A stretch of DNA of 64,000 nt from Nibricoccus sp. (GTDB taxonomy: Bacteria; Verrucomicrobiota; Verrucomicrobiia; Opitutales; Opitutaceae): NCBI GenBank assembly GCA_047602425.1, contig JASGHG010000001.1, positions 128,001 to 192,000 on the forward strand. The letters are read 5' to 3'. The position numbers and the translations under genes were made by a program. Below the pieces are notes generated by a model. It searched no databases. It worked only from the letters and a program-made list of their open reading frames with translations, and had not been told where the DNA came from. This document shows positions 18,142 to 29,580 of the stretch, piece by piece (positions within the stretch are counted from its first letter, which is position 1; each line of letters starts with the position of its first letter).

Positions 18142-20229
18142 ATGAACCCAATATACACCACCCCAGTTGTATCCGGTCGTAGGTTCGGCATGCTCCATGC
18201 CGGCCTGTACGCCGTTGTCTGTCTGCTGTCGTTAGGTACCTCTGTTCGCGCCGCCACCTACTACGTTTCACCCAGTGGCAACGACGCCAACGCCGGCACG
18301 ATTTCCGCGCCGTTCGCCACCGTTCCCAAGGCCGTCTCGGTCGTCGCGGCCGGCGATACGATTTACCTGCGCGGCGGCACGCATGCTTATTCCAGCATGA
18401 TCACGATCGCCAACTCCGGCACTTCGAGTGCACCGATCAAGATGCTCGCCTACCCCGGCGAAAAACCCGTGCTCAACTTCAGCACGCAGCCCTACGGCTC
18501 AGCGAATCGCGGCATCCTCATTACCACGACGGCGAATTGGTGGCAGTTCGTTGGCTTCGAAATTTGCTACGCCGGCGACAACGGCGTGAAGGTCGAGGGC
18601 AGCCACCTGCGTTTCGAGCGCTGTGTCTTCCATCACAATGGCGACACCGGTCTTCAGATCGGTTTCGGTCACACGGACTCCAATCCCGGCGGTCAACTCG
18701 CCGCCTACATCGACGTCGTGAACTGCGATTCCTATCGCAACTACGATCCCGACAATCGCGGTTCCGATGCCGATGGCTTTGCGGCCAAGATGCACTGCGG
18801 CCAAGGCATTACCTTCAACGGCTGTCGCTCGTGGGAAAACTCCGATGACGGCTGGGATCTGTTCGAAACCGACTACTCCGTCGTGATCAACGATTGCTGG
18901 ACGTGGCACAATGGCGACGGCGCTTTGTTTCCAGGCAGTGGTTCGTTCCAGGGCAATGGCAACGGCTTCAAGCTCGGCGGCGACGGCGCGGGCGGCGCCT
19001 CCATGGGCACGCATTACGCGTTCTTCTGCGTTTCGTTTAACAACAAATACAAGAGCAACGGCCAGGGCTTCACCAACAATTCCCACAAAGACGGCATCGC
19101 GCTCACTAACTGCCTCTCGTTCGCCAACGGCGCCAGCGCCTACAGCTACTTCATCGAAGGCGGCGTCAATTCCGGCAAATCGAACCTCGTACGCAACTGC
19201 GTGAGTTTCCCGCGCAGTGGCTCCGCGACCAATGTCTCGTTCGATAACGACGTCATTGCGCAAAACTGCTCATGGGCGCTCGCCGTCACCGCCAACGAGT
19301 CCGACTTCGGCGATCTCTCCGAAACCGCCGCCGCCGCCCCGCGTCAGGCGGACGGCAGCCTGCCGCTCGGCTTCGCAAGACTGCTTGCCGGTAGCGACCT
19401 GATCGACAAGGGCATCAATGTCGGCTTCCCCTACAGCGGCACCGCGCCCGATCTCGGACCTGACGAATACGGCAGCGGAGGAAGTTCGAGCAGTAGCTCG
19501 TCGTCATCCAGCTCGAGTTCATCGTCCTCCAGTTCGAGCAGCAGCAGTTCTTCGAGTTCCTCCTCCTCTTCATCGAGCTCCAGCTCTTCCTCGTCGTCCT
19601 CAAGCTCGTCGAGCAGTTCGTCGTCTTCCTCCAGTTCCAGCTCGGGCAGCGGCACCACGGTCATCTTTACGGCGGTCGCCACCGAAGACGGGCGCGTACT
19701 CGAATCAAGCGAGGGCTCCAACAGCGGCGGCTCGACCAACTCGGCCGATGCGACGGTTGAAGCCCTGCGCACTGGCGACGACGCGAGCGACCGGCAGTTC
19801 AAGACCATCCTGTCGTTCGACACTTCGTCGATCCCGGACGGCGCCACGATCGTCTCAGCCACGTTACGCCTAAAACGTGGTTCGGTCACTGGCACCAATC
19901 CGTTCACCACGCACGGCAGCCTGCTCGTCGACATTAAGGGCGGCACGGGCTTCAGCGGCTCGTTTTCGCTCCAGACCGGCGACTTTCAAGCCTCCGCCGA
20001 CGCAACGGCTGCCGCCACTATGAGTGCGGCCAATGCCAACGGCGATGTCTCCTCCGGCGCGCTCAATGCCCCTGGCCGCAGCCTCGTCAACAAGACTGGC
20101 AAGACGCAGCTCCGCGTCGCGTTCTCCCTCGATGACAACGACGACACTGGCGCCGACTATATCGGCTGGTACTCCGCCAACGACGCCACCGCCGCCAACC
20201 GGCCTGTTCTCGAAATCACCTACCAGTAA
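18142..20229 (+). CDS. PL9-family polysaccharide (pectate) lyase with poly-Ser linker and C-terminal DNRLRE/CBM96-like module
   Basis: YYVSPSGND, GDTIYLRGG, DADGFAAK, WENSDDGWDLF, GNGNGFKLGG; 54 consecutive Ser. Confidence 0.88.
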   Translation: MNPIYTTPVVSGRRFGMLHAGLYAVVCLLSLGTSVRAATYYVSPSGNDANAGTISAPFATVPKAVSVVAAGDTIYLRGGTHAYSSMITIANSGTSSAPIKMLAYPGEKPVLNFSTQPYGSANRGILITTTANWWQFVGFEICYAGDNGVKVEGSHLRFERCVFHHNGDTGLQIGFGHTDSNPGGQLAAYIDVVNCDSYRNYDPDNRGSDADGFAAKMHCGQGITFNGCRSWENSDDGWDLFETDYSVVINDCWTWHNGDGALFPGSGSFQGNGNGFKLGGDGAGGASMGTHYAFFCVSFNNKYKSNGQGFTNNSHKDGIALTNCLSFANGASAYSYFIEGGVNSGKSNLVRNCVSFPRSGSATNVSFDNDVIAQNCSWALAVTANESDFGDLSETAAAAPRQADGSLPLGFARLLAGSDLIDKGINVGFPYSGTAPDLGPDEYGSGGSSSSSSSSSSSSSSSSSSSSSSSSSSSSSSSSSSSSSSSSSSSSSSSSSSSSSSGSGTTVIFTAVATEDGRVLESSEGSNSGGSTNSADATVEALRTGDDASDRQFKTILSFDTSSIPDGATIVSATLRLKRGSVTGTNPFTTHGSLLVDIKGGTGFSGSFSLQTGDFQASADATAAATMSAANANGDVSSGALNAPGRSLVNKTGKTQLRVAFSLDDNDDTGADYIGWYSANDATAANRPVLEITYQ
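19483..19644 (+). repeat. Poly-serine coding tract (54 codons)
   Basis: Mixed AGY/TCN codons. Confidence 0.95.
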
Positions 20230-20286
20230 TCTCCAACCCTAACCGAGCCGGAGGAGGAATATCTTTCTCCGGCTCAACTTCTTTGT

Positions 20287-22251
20287 ATGAAAATTTCCAC
20301 GACAAAACTCGTTCGCGCGTTGCGCCCTTTCGTTTTCGCAATCGCGCTTTTCACCCCTGTCCACGCCGCTGAGTTCTACGTTTCCCCTTCCGGCAACGAT
20401 TCGAATGCTGGCACGCTCGCCTCGCCTTTCGCTACACCGCAAAAGGCCCTCGCCACGATGGCCTCCGGCGACACCGTGTACCTGCGCGGCGGAACCTATA
20501 ACCTGAGCACACAGGTAAAAACCGTCGTCGCCGGAACGGCCTCCAACTACTGCAAACTCTGGGCCTACCCCGGCGAAAAACCCGTCTTCAATTTCGCCTC
20601 GCTGCCGAGTGCGACCAAAGGTCTCTACATCTCGAAGGACTATTGGTACGTCGACGGCATCGAGGTCGCCAACGCCACTGACAACGGCATCATTGTCGCC
20701 GGCAGCGGCTATAGCATCATCGAGGGGTGCATTGTCCACGATTGTAATAATGACGGCATTCGTCTCGGCAGTTCCTCGGCCACTGCCCATCACACGCTGA
20801 TCCTGAACTGCGATTCCTACCGCAACTTTCAGGTCTCTTCGGGCGGAAATAACGGCGATGGCTTCGCGGCTAAAGCCGGGCAAGGCGAAGGCAACATCTT
20901 CCGCGGCTGTCGCGCTTGGAACAACTCCGACGACGGCTGGGATTTTTATGACAACAACGTCTCCATCACCCTCGAAAACTGCTGGGCGTTTTCCAACGGC
21001 ATCAACGTCTGGGGCGTGAGCAACTTCAGCGGCAACGGCAACGGCTTCAAACTCGGTGGCGCCGGCACCACCGCCCGGCACACACTGAAAAACTGCCTCG
21101 CCTTCGACAATGTTCACGATGGCTTTGACCAAAACTACAACAGCGGCAGTGTGACGCTCTACAACTGCACCGGTTTCCGCAACGGCGTGAACTTCCAGTT
21201 TCCCGACACTCCGACGGTCGGCGTCGACGTGATGAAAAACAACATCTCCCACAATGGCCCGAACTTTATCAACAGCGCGGCCCAACTCACCACCAACAGC
21301 TGGCAGGGCTTCACCGTCACCGATGCGGACTTCGCCAGCGTCAACGCCGCGACCGCCACTTCCGCCCGAAATGCCGACCAGTCGCTTCCGACCCTCACGT
21401 TTCTCCGGCTCGTTGTCGGTAGCGATTTGATCGATGCCGGCGTCAACATCGGCCTGCCGTACAATGGCAGCGCGCCCGATCTCGGCGCTTACGAATACGG
21501 CAGCAGCTCCGGCGGCTCGTCGTCCAGTTCGTCATCGTCGTCGTCCTCCTCCAGTTCGAGCAGCAGTAGTTCCTCGTCGAGTTCGTCTTCTTCCTCGTCG
21601 AGCTCCAGCTCTTCTTCCTCGTCGTCTTCGAGTTCGTCGTCCTCGAGCAGTTCCTCCTCCGGCTCCAGCGGCGCCACCACGATCACGCTCACCGCCATCG
21701 CCGCCGAAGATGGCCGCGTACTCGAATCAAGTGAAACCTCCAACAGCGGCGGCTCGACCAACTCGTCCGACGCCACGGCTAGCGCGCTGCTCACAGGTGA
21801 CGATGCAAGCGATCGTCAGTTCAAAACCATCCTATCGTTCGACACCTCGGCGATTCCCGATAGTGCAACGATCACCTCCGCGACGTTACGCCTAAAACGT
21901 GGTTCGGTCACCGGCACCAATCCGTTCACCACTCACGGCAGTCTCCTCGTCGACATCAAAGGTGGCACAGGGCTCAGTAATTCCGCGTCTCTGCAGACCG
22001 GCGACTTCCAAGCCGCTGCTGATGCGACCGCTGTGGCCACGATGAGCGCTGCCAACGCCAATGGCGATGTCTCCTCCGGCGCGCTCAACGCCACCGGCCG
22101 CAGCCTCGTCAACAAGACCGGCAAGACCCAGCTGCGCGTCTACTTCTCGCTCGACGACAACGACGACACCGGCGCCGACAATATCGGCTGGTACTCCGGG
22201 AACGACGCCACCGCCGCCAACCGCCCCGTCCTTGTCATCACATACCAGTAA
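20287..22251 (+). CDS. Second PL9-family lyase with poly-Ser linker and near-identical C-terminal module
   Basis: NGDGFAAK, WNNSDDGWDFY, GNGNGFKLGG; 48 consecutive Ser. Confidence 0.88.
   Translation: MKISTTKLVRALRPFVFAIALFTPVHAAEFYVSPSGNDSNAGTLASPFATPQKALATMASGDTVYLRGGTYNLSTQVKTVVAGTASNYCKLWAYPGEKPVFNFASLPSATKGLYISKDYWYVDGIEVANATDNGIIVAGSGYSIIEGCIVHDCNNDGIRLGSSSATAHHTLILNCDSYRNFQVSSGGNNGDGFAAKAGQGEGNIFRGCRAWNNSDDGWDFYDNNVSITLENCWAFSNGINVWGVSNFSGNGNGFKLGGAGTTARHTLKNCLAFDNVHDGFDQNYNSGSVTLYNCTGFRNGVNFQFPDTPTVGVDVMKNNISHNGPNFINSAAQLTTNSWQGFTVTDADFASVNAATATSARNADQSLPTLTFLRLVVGSDLIDAGVNIGLPYNGSAPDLGAYEYGSSSGGSSSSSSSSSSSSSSSSSSSSSSSSSSSSSSSSSSSSSSSSSSSSSSSSGSSGATTITLTAIAAEDGRVLESSETSNSGGSTNSSDATASALLTGDDASDRQFKTILSFDTSAIPDSATITSATLRLKRGSVTGTNPFTTHGSLLVDIKGGTGLSNSASLQTGDFQAAADATAVATMSAANANGDVSSGALNATGRSLVNKTGKTQLRVYFSLDDNDDTGADNIGWYSGNDATAANRPVLVITYQ
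21517..21660 (+). repeat. Poly-serine coding tract (48 codons)
   Basis: Mixed AGY/TCN codons. Confidence 0.95.
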
Positions 22252-22280
22252 GAAGAACCAAACATCACTTCAAATACTCA

Positions 22281-22310
22281 GGGCCGGACTGCCAAGTCCG
22301 GCCTTTTTTT
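22281..22310 (+). terminator. Intrinsic terminator
   Basis: GGCCGGACT-GCCA-AGTCCGGCC followed by T7. Confidence 0.85.
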
Positions 22311-22321
22311 GCGCCGTCCAC

Positions 22322-24556
22322 TCATTCCAATTTGAATTCGGTCTGGTCCGAGGCAGCGGGGGCGACGCCGAGAAACGGACCATAGCGTTCAAGCCAGTCA
22401 TCCATTTTCTTTAAGTAATATGCTGAATCGTAGGGACAACAGATCGGATCGAACGAGGCCAACGGGCGGGCGCGCTGCCAGTCGTTGGTTTTTCCTTTTT
22501 CCTTTGTCGTTATGTAGTAGCTCACACGGTCGCCCATTTTCGGACGAGGATTGAGCAACAGCGCCGCCTCGGCCGAGGCGCGGCGCGGTTTGCCGCCTTC
22601 GGCCACGAAGCGTTCGTAAGCATCGGGATTCTGGCTGAGTGTCTCCGCCTTGGCCAGGTCCGCGACAGGCAACGTCCGGTCTTTAATCCGGCGGCGATAT
22701 TCGGCGGTCAGTTCCAAGGGCGAATGTTTTTCCGCGCCGAGCAGGAACCGGATCAGCCCGTCGCTCAATTTTTTCAGATACGGTTCGGTTGCCCGCGACC
22801 GCAGCGCCGAGCCGCGCACCGTGATCTTCTGCCCATCGAAGAGGGCGTAGTTCTTCGCCTTGTAGCAAAACATCGCCTCGTAACTTCCGTCGTGCTCCAG
22901 ATCGATTCCGGTGGGCATCACCGACTCGACCGCCGCCAGCAACTTTTCGGGCTGGGCGAAAAAACTCTCCGACGAAAGATAGATGCCGTCGGTGTCCGCC
23001 TCGAGGATGGTGCAGCCGTGTTTGATAAATTCGTCGATCAACGCCTGCAAAAGATCGCGCCCGCGCCGTGTGACTTCCGCAGCCAATTCGCCATCGCCAA
23101 AACGCGCGCCGGAAAAACCGAGATAACCGTAGAATGAGTTGATCAGAATTTTGAAGTTCGCCTGCCGTGCCTGATATTCAACCCGCAGCTCCTCGGTTTC
23201 CGCCGTGCGTGCAAGGGTTTTATATTTCAATCGGTACTCGCGCAGCTGGCGTAACAGCGGGATGAATACGCCCAACGCGTCCGGCTTCGGATTGCGTCCG
23301 ATGTGGAGCAACAGACTCGGGTAGAGCGACGCTACGTCAAAGTGTAGGACGTGCTTGAATACGCCTTCCTGAAAACTGCGCGTGTAGCCGCCCTCGAATG
23401 GTTGCACTTCCGGCGGCACGGAACAGGCCCGGCGGGCGTGATAATATTCCTCCAGAAAGAGCAGATCGATTTTGCCAGTCGTGCCGCGGAGCGTGGCGTC
23501 CTGAAGAAAAATGGGAAAGGTTCGCGTCTGCTCAAAATACGTCGGCAGCAGCAAGTCGGCAACGCCCTTCGTCTCGCGCAAATCGTCGCCGAGGTACGCC
23601 AGAAACCGGGCCCGGTCTTTCACGAATTCGTGCTGGATGCTGTTGCCCTCGATGTAGGTTCGCTCGCCGCGTTCCTCCGCCTCTTCAGAGGTGATGCCGA
23701 AATAAACCGCCACGTCTTTCAACCCGTAGGCCGTCATCTCGCGCGTCGTGATGTCGTAAAGCTGAACCAACAGATAGGTATCAACGACAGCACGACCCGG
23801 CAGATCGCATCGCGGAAAATCGATCCAGCGCTCGGCCACCTTGAGCCGGCTGTTGCGAAACTTCGCCGTTTGTCCGAAGCGTCCCCACGCGCAGGGAACT
23901 TTGAAACGCTTCGCTCGCTGCCGCAGATAATCGAGGTCGAACTTGAAGATGTTGTGTCCCTCGATCACGTCCGGATCTTCGGTGCGCAGCACGTCGTTGA
24001 GTTGCAGCAGAAGTTTTTTCTCCGCCTCGTCCGTCATGTCCTCCAGAACGAGCAAGCGCTGGCGCGTGCCAAACTGTAGTCCGATCGCGAGCACGCGGTC
24101 AGCCGGTTGCGCGGCATTGCTAAAACCGCCGTCACCGGAGGCGGTTTCGATGTCGAGCTGGCAACGATGCAGCTGACCAAAAGTCATGTCGCGATAAAGA
24201 CGTTCGCGGCGTTGTAGCAAATACTGGCTCTCCAGCGGACGAATCACGTCGGTTGCGCCCTTGGTTTTCGCTTCGTCCAAGAGACGCTCATATGCTTCGA
24301 GCGAGTCGGCGATGAGCAACCGCGTGAACGTCCCCTCGCCTTCGAGCGGCTCGATCTTCGCTCCGAGCATGTCGCCACTCACCGCGTCCGCATTCAGCCA
24401 AGCGAAGGGTTTGAACGTTTCGACGCGTTCCTCGCGATGACCATCCGGCTTCGCGATCGCCACATGCGCGCGACCGGTGCCATCGACCCACAGCCCGCAC
24501 AACGAGCCCGCCCCATTTACTTTCGGCGCGGAGAGAGATGGAGAACCGGATTCCAT
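22322..24556 (-). CDS. polB: Family B DNA polymerase with 3'-5' exonuclease domain
   Basis: Exonuclease motifs LDIET and GHNIFKFD; polymerase motifs FDVASLYPS, KILINSFYGYLG, EADTDG. Confidence 0.88.
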   Translation of the reverse strand: MESGSPSLSAPKVNGAGSLCGLWVDGTGRAHVAIAKPDGHREERVETFKPFAWLNADAVSGDMLGAKIEPLEGEGTFTRLLIADSLEAYERLLDEAKTKGATDVIRPLESQYLLQRRERLYRDMTFGQLHRCQLDIETASGDGGFSNAAQPADRVLAIGLQFGTRQRLLVLEDMTDEAEKKLLLQLNDVLRTEDPDVIEGHNIFKFDLDYLRQRAKRFKVPCAWGRFGQTAKFRNSRLKVAERWIDFPRCDLPGRAVVDTYLLVQLYDITTREMTAYGLKDVAVYFGITSEEAEERGERTYIEGNSIQHEFVKDRARFLAYLGDDLRETKGVADLLLPTYFEQTRTFPIFLQDATLRGTTGKIDLLFLEEYYHARRACSVPPEVQPFEGGYTRSFQEGVFKHVLHFDVASLYPSLLLHIGRNPKPDALGVFIPLLRQLREYRLKYKTLARTAETEELRVEYQARQANFKILINSFYGYLGFSGARFGDGELAAEVTRRGRDLLQALIDEFIKHGCTILEADTDGIYLSSESFFAQPEKLLAAVESVMPTGIDLEHDGSYEAMFCYKAKNYALFDGQKITVRGSALRSRATEPYLKKLSDGLIRFLLGAEKHSPLELTAEYRRRIKDRTLPVADLAKAETLSQNPDAYERFVAEGGKPRRASAEAALLLNPRPKMGDRVSYYITTKEKGKTNDWQRARPLASFDPICCPYDSAYYLKKMDDWLERYGPFLGVAPAASDQTEFKLE

Positions 24557-24659
24557 TTTCTCTCATTGAGAACACCGATCCCCGGATCGCCAACGCCAAA
24601 TCCGTTCGATGTCAGCCCAACTAGCACCCGGCACCAGCCTAGCGTCTCAATACTACGAT

Positions 24660-25130
24660 TCAGGGCACCGCTTTCAGTGCCTCGTCGACGTAGCTAAAAA
24701 ATACTTCGTAGAGCGACGATTCGCGCAGCGGCAGGAGTGTCCCCTGCCCCGGGCGCTTGTTGAAATCGTCTTCCACCATGCGCGAGAAAAGCACTTCAAT
24801 TTTCGAACCACCTTCAATCGCCACGGAAATTTTCGCATCGAACAGGACCTGGCGCGCCGTGCCGGGGCTGCCCGCGATGCTCGCATCCAAGGGACCGAAG
24901 GCGTGGATGATGCCTTGCGCCGGACCACCTTTCTCGAAGGTGTAGTTCATCTTTTTCAGCGCGGCCCGGGCGACATCGTAGGCTTTGCGCGGGTCGACGT
25001 TGACGACCTTCACCTGATATTGCGGCGGGGCGAAACGCTCGCGCACGTCGTTGCGAACCGTTTCACAGCCGGCAAGGACAAGAGCGAACAAAACCAGGAG
25101 AAAGAGGCAGGGAATTTTTACGGCGTTCAT
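24660..25130 (-). CDS. Hypothetical lipoprotein
   Basis: Lipobox LAGC; ATGA overlap with the aguA stop. Confidence 0.78.
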   Translation of the reverse strand: MNAVKIPCLFLLVLFALVLAGCETVRNDVRERFAPPQYQVKVVNVDPRKAYDVARAALKKMNYTFEKGGPAQGIIHAFGPLDASIAGSPGTARQVLFDAKISVAIEGGSKIEVLFSRMVEDDFNKRPGQGTLLPLRESSLYEVFFSYVDEALKAVP

Positions 25131-26173
25131 GCGGGTTGTTGTTGCGAGATGCAATGGAGCGTACCGCGCCCAAGCACGAGGTCGAGACAATCGACCGGCA
25201 CAATCTCGCGGCCCGGGAAACAGTCGCCGAGGATTTCGGCCGCTTCGGCGTCGCGCTTCGGCTGGCGGAAAGCAGGCATGAGCACAGCGCCGTTGAGCAC
25301 AAGATAGTTCGCGTAAGTCGCGGGCAGGCGTTGCTCGCCCTTGTAACACGGAAGCGGCATTGGCAGCTCGACGATCTTGAACTTCTTGCCCGCTGGCGTG
25401 CGCAGGCTTTTCAGGCGTTCGAGGTTTTCGCACAGCGCGCGATAATTGACGTCGCGAGGATTCGCTTCGACCGCGGTGGCTATGCCGCCAGATGGAAGGA
25501 ACCGGCTGAGATCGTCGACGTGGCCATCCGTATCATCACCTTCAATACCGTCGCCCAACCAATAGATCGTGTGCACACCGAGATAATCGCGGAGCGCCTG
25601 CTCGATCTGTTCGCGCGTGAGGTGGGGATTGCGGTTTTTGTTCAGCAAGCAAGCCTCGGTTGTCAGAAGCAGGCCCTCACCGTTCACTTCAATCGAACCA
25701 CCTTCAAGAATCATGGGGTGCGCAAAACGGCGCAGGCCGAGCTTCGCGGCGATCTTCGCCGGAATGGCGTTGTCGGCTTTGAACTTCGGGTATTTGCCGC
25801 CCCAGGCGTTAAACTGCCAGTCGGTGAGCGCGACTTCGCCGGTACGCGTATGCTTCACAAAGATCGGGCCATGATCGCGGCACCAAGCGTCGTCGGTCGC
25901 ATGGGCGTAAATTTCGATGCGCGAAAGATCGGCCCCCGCCTGCTTAAGCAAACGGCGCGCCGTGGCGTGGAACGCGCTCGCGATATTAAACCGAACTGGT
26001 TCGTAGCGACTAATCGTCGCGGCGATTTCAGCAAATTTGGGCGGGATCGGCCGGTAGTTGCTCGGCCAGGTTTTACGGCGATGCGGCCAGGAAAGCCAGA
26101 TGGCGGCTTGCGGCTCCCATTCCGCAGGCATGCGGAAACCAAGGGCGGTCGGAGTTTTTTTTGCGGCAGCCAT
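25127..26173 (-). CDS. aguA: Agmatine deiminase
   Basis: MPAEWEP, DAWCRDHGP, FNAWGGKY, LEGGSI, DTDGHVD, GTLHCISQQQP. Confidence 0.92.
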   Translation of the reverse strand: MAAAKKTPTALGFRMPAEWEPQAAIWLSWPHRRKTWPSNYRPIPPKFAEIAATISRYEPVRFNIASAFHATARRLLKQAGADLSRIEIYAHATDDAWCRDHGPIFVKHTRTGEVALTDWQFNAWGGKYPKFKADNAIPAKIAAKLGLRRFAHPMILEGGSIEVNGEGLLLTTEACLLNKNRNPHLTREQIEQALRDYLGVHTIYWLGDGIEGDDTDGHVDDLSRFLPSGGIATAVEANPRDVNYRALCENLERLKSLRTPAGKKFKIVELPMPLPCYKGEQRLPATYANYLVLNGAVLMPAFRQPKRDAEAAEILGDCFPGREIVPVDCLDLVLGRGTLHCISQQQPA

Positions 26174-26175
26174 GG

Positions 26176-27168
<993 letters not shown>

Positions 27169-27212
27169 GGTGTGCGCGGGTTGGCTTGAAGCCCGGCTTT
27201 GTAGCAAGACTG

Positions 27213-28097
27213 TCAATACACCACTTTGTTCAGCGGGTATTCGACAATGCCTTCGGCACCAAGCGATTTGAGCAGCGGAATGATTTCGCGGACCACGCTT
27301 TCGTCGATGATCGTCTCCAGCGCGACCCATTCGGGCGAACTGAGCGGCGAGATCGTCGGATTGCGCAACGAAGGCACGGCTTTGATGATTTTCTCAAGCG
27401 AAGCCTTAGGCGCGTTCATCTTGAGACCGACCTTGCTTTGCGCTTCGAGAGCGCCGATGAGCAGCAGCGCAATCGTCTCGATCTTCTTGCGCTTGGCGGG
27501 ATTGGCCCAGCTGGCCTTGTTGGCGATGAGCTTGGTGTTGGTGTAAAGCAGCGTGTCGACGATGCGGAGCTTGTTCGCGCGGAGCGAGCTGCCCGTTTCC
27601 GTGATATCGACGATGGCGTCGACAAGATCGGGCACTTTGACCTCGGTGGCGCCCCAGGAGAATTCGACGAGAGCGTCGACCTTCTTCTCGGCGAAGTAGC
27701 GTTTGACGGTGTTAACCAGTTCGGTTGCGACGCGTTTGCCGGCAAGGTCGGCAGCCGATTTGATCGGCGAAGCTTCGGGCACGCAGAGAACCCAACGCGA
27801 CTTTTGGACCGAGGCTTTGCTGTAAATGAGATCGCAGACCTCCACGACATCGGACTCGTTTTCCTTAACCCAATCGTAGCCGGTCAGGCCGCAATCGAAG
27901 AACCCATGTTCCACATAGCGGCTCACTTCCTGAGCGCGGACAAAACGGCCGTCGAGTTCCGGGTCGTCGATCGACGGCTTGTACGAACGCGAGCTGGTGG
28001 TGATTTTCCAACCGGCCTTCGCGAACAGGTTTTTCGTGGATTCCTCGAGGCTACCCTTGGGCAACCCGAGCATGAGTAGAGGTGTTACGTCAGGCAC
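27213..28097 (-). CDS. hisG: ATP phosphoribosyltransferase (long form)
   Basis: [32 protein letters not shown]-terminal regulatory domain; GTG start assumed. Confidence 0.95.
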   Translation of the reverse strand: MPDVTPLLMLGLPKGSLEESTKNLFAKAGWKITTSSRSYKPSIDDPELDGRFVRAQEVSRYVEHGFFDCGLTGYDWVKENESDVVEVCDLIYSKASVQKSRWVLCVPEASPIKSAADLAGKRVATELVNTVKRYFAEKKVDALVEFSWGATEVKVPDLVDAIVDITETGSSLRANKLRIVDTLLYTNTKLIANKASWANPAKRKKIETIALLLIGALEAQSKVGLKMNAPKASLEKIIKAVPSLRNPTISPLSSPEWVALETIIDESVVREIIPLLKSLGAEGIVEYPLNKVVY

Positions 28098-28255
28098 GCG
28101 CCCAAGGCACACGGGCGAATCCCCTGCTTCAAGTTTTTTCGCCGCACGGACCGGTACAGTGGGCTCCTGCGGCCGAAACTATTTTTACATTTCATCGCAG
28201 TTTCTTTTGACAACAGGGCACCACTTTGTAAAAAAGATGTCCGTTACCCCCCTCT

Positions 28256-29005
28256 ATGCGTTCAGCACCAAAACCACTGATTCTGGTTGTAGAAGATGAG
28301 GAAGAGCTCGCAAAGCTTATTGCTATCCACCTCGAAGAGGCGGGGATGCAAACTCAAGTTTACAACCGTTGCGCGCACGCCCTGCGCTTTTTGAAGAAGA
28401 ATTTCGCCAACCTTCTCCTTTTGGACGTAAATTTGCCGGATCAGTCAGGCTTCCAACTTCTGGAGGAGCTCAAGAAAAGTGATATCTCGGTCCCCACGAT
28501 CTTCGTGACCGGTAACTCGCTCGAAACGAGCAAAGTCCGCGGTCTCGAGATGGGCGGCGACGACTACATCACCAAGCCCTTCAGCTATCCAGAACTCGTT
28601 GCGCGCATACACGCTGTGTTGCGCCGCGCCGAGTCGGTCAGCGACTTCAACGTCACCAAAAACGCCAAGGTCAGCGACCAGCCGTTCGACTTCTGCGGCG
28701 CCAAAGTCACGCCCGACCGCCTTGAGATCGAGTTCCCCAACGCCACCATCACCAAGATCGGCCGCAAGGAACTGGGCATTCTCTCCTACTTGAACGACAA
28801 CCAAGGCATCGTCATCACGCGTAAGGCCCTAATCCATGCCGTCTGGGGCATTCACGCCGACGTGAAGAGCCGCTCGCTCGACCAGTACATCGTCAAAGTT
28901 CGCGATCTGTTCAAAACCAATGGCCTCAGCCTCGACACCTTCCGCACCGTTCACAGCGTCGGCTACATCTTCGACCCGAAAGGCGTTTCGCAAGAAGGCC
29001 GGTAA
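28256..29005 (+). CDS. Orphan OmpR-family response regulator
   Basis: VVEDE, LDVNLPD, GGDDYITKPF, winged-helix C-terminus. Confidence 0.92.
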   Translation: MRSAPKPLILVVEDEEELAKLIAIHLEEAGMQTQVYNRCAHALRFLKKNFANLLLLDVNLPDQSGFQLLEELKKSDISVPTIFVTGNSLETSKVRGLEMGGDDYITKPFSYPELVARIHAVLRRAESVSDFNVTKNAKVSDQPFDFCGAKVTPDRLEIEFPNATITKIGRKELGILSYLNDNQGIVITRKALIHAVWGIHADVKSRSLDQYIVKVRDLFKTNGLSLDTFRTVHSVGYIFDPKGVSQEGR

Positions 29006-29046
29006 AAAAACAAAAAGTTTCAACAGGGCTGTCCACAACACACCCG

Positions 29047-29076
29047 AAAACGCCGCTTTCGAGCGGCGTTTTTTTT
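29047..29076. terminator. Bidirectional intrinsic terminator
   Basis: AAAACGCCGCT-TTCG-AGCGGCGTTTT with a T run, between convergent genes. Confidence 0.88.
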
Positions 29077-29094
29077 GGCTCGGCGAAACTTGCT

Positions 29095-29577
29095 CTACCC
29101 TTTCCGTTTCCGAAAAACCCCGCGGAAGCACCAGGCAATCAGCACAACATTCGCGACCGCCATCTCAACCGGCAAAGGTGGCAAGCGCCGGCAGGCCAGT
29201 CCGAACACAACGAATCCAGCCACCATAAAAACAAGATCCGCCCCGCGCGCCGCTTTTTCTTTCCAAAGCAAAAATGCCAGCGAACTCCAGACGGCCAGCG
29301 CCGCCACGGCCGCGAGCCAGAAAAACCGCACCGCCATTTCCATCCGTCCGTCGCGCACGAGCAGCACGGCCACGAGCCAGAAGAGCACTTCGTTGAAGAA
29401 CAAAAAGCCTGTCGCCAGAGCCGAAACGAGATGGGCGTTCACCGGAAACTGTCCTTTCTCGTCGACCGGCACGCGGCTCAACATCGCGCAGCCCGTGCAG
29501 CAAAAATACTCGCGGCCCGGGTCCACGCGCCGGACTTTGAATGGCAATCCGCAGTAATGACACGGAACGCGCTCCAC
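29095..29577 (-). CDS. Membrane protein with N-terminal Cys-rich metal-binding domain
   Basis: CHYCG...YFCCTGC (like the CcoI/FixI ATPase N-terminus) followed by about 4 TM segments. Confidence 0.75.
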   Translation of the reverse strand: MERVPCHYCGLPFKVRRVDPGREYFCCTGCAMLSRVPVDEKGQFPVNAHLVSALATGFLFFNEVLFWLVAVLLVRDGRMEMAVRFFWLAAVAALAVWSSLAFLLWKEKAARGADLVFMVAGFVVFGLACRRLPPLPVEMAVANVVLIAWCFRGVFRKRKG

Positions 29578-29580
29578 GAT

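Noticed and set aside
19483..19644. Phase-variable microsatellite
   Set aside because: Synonymously scrambled Ser codons, not a perfect short repeat; it is a protein linker.
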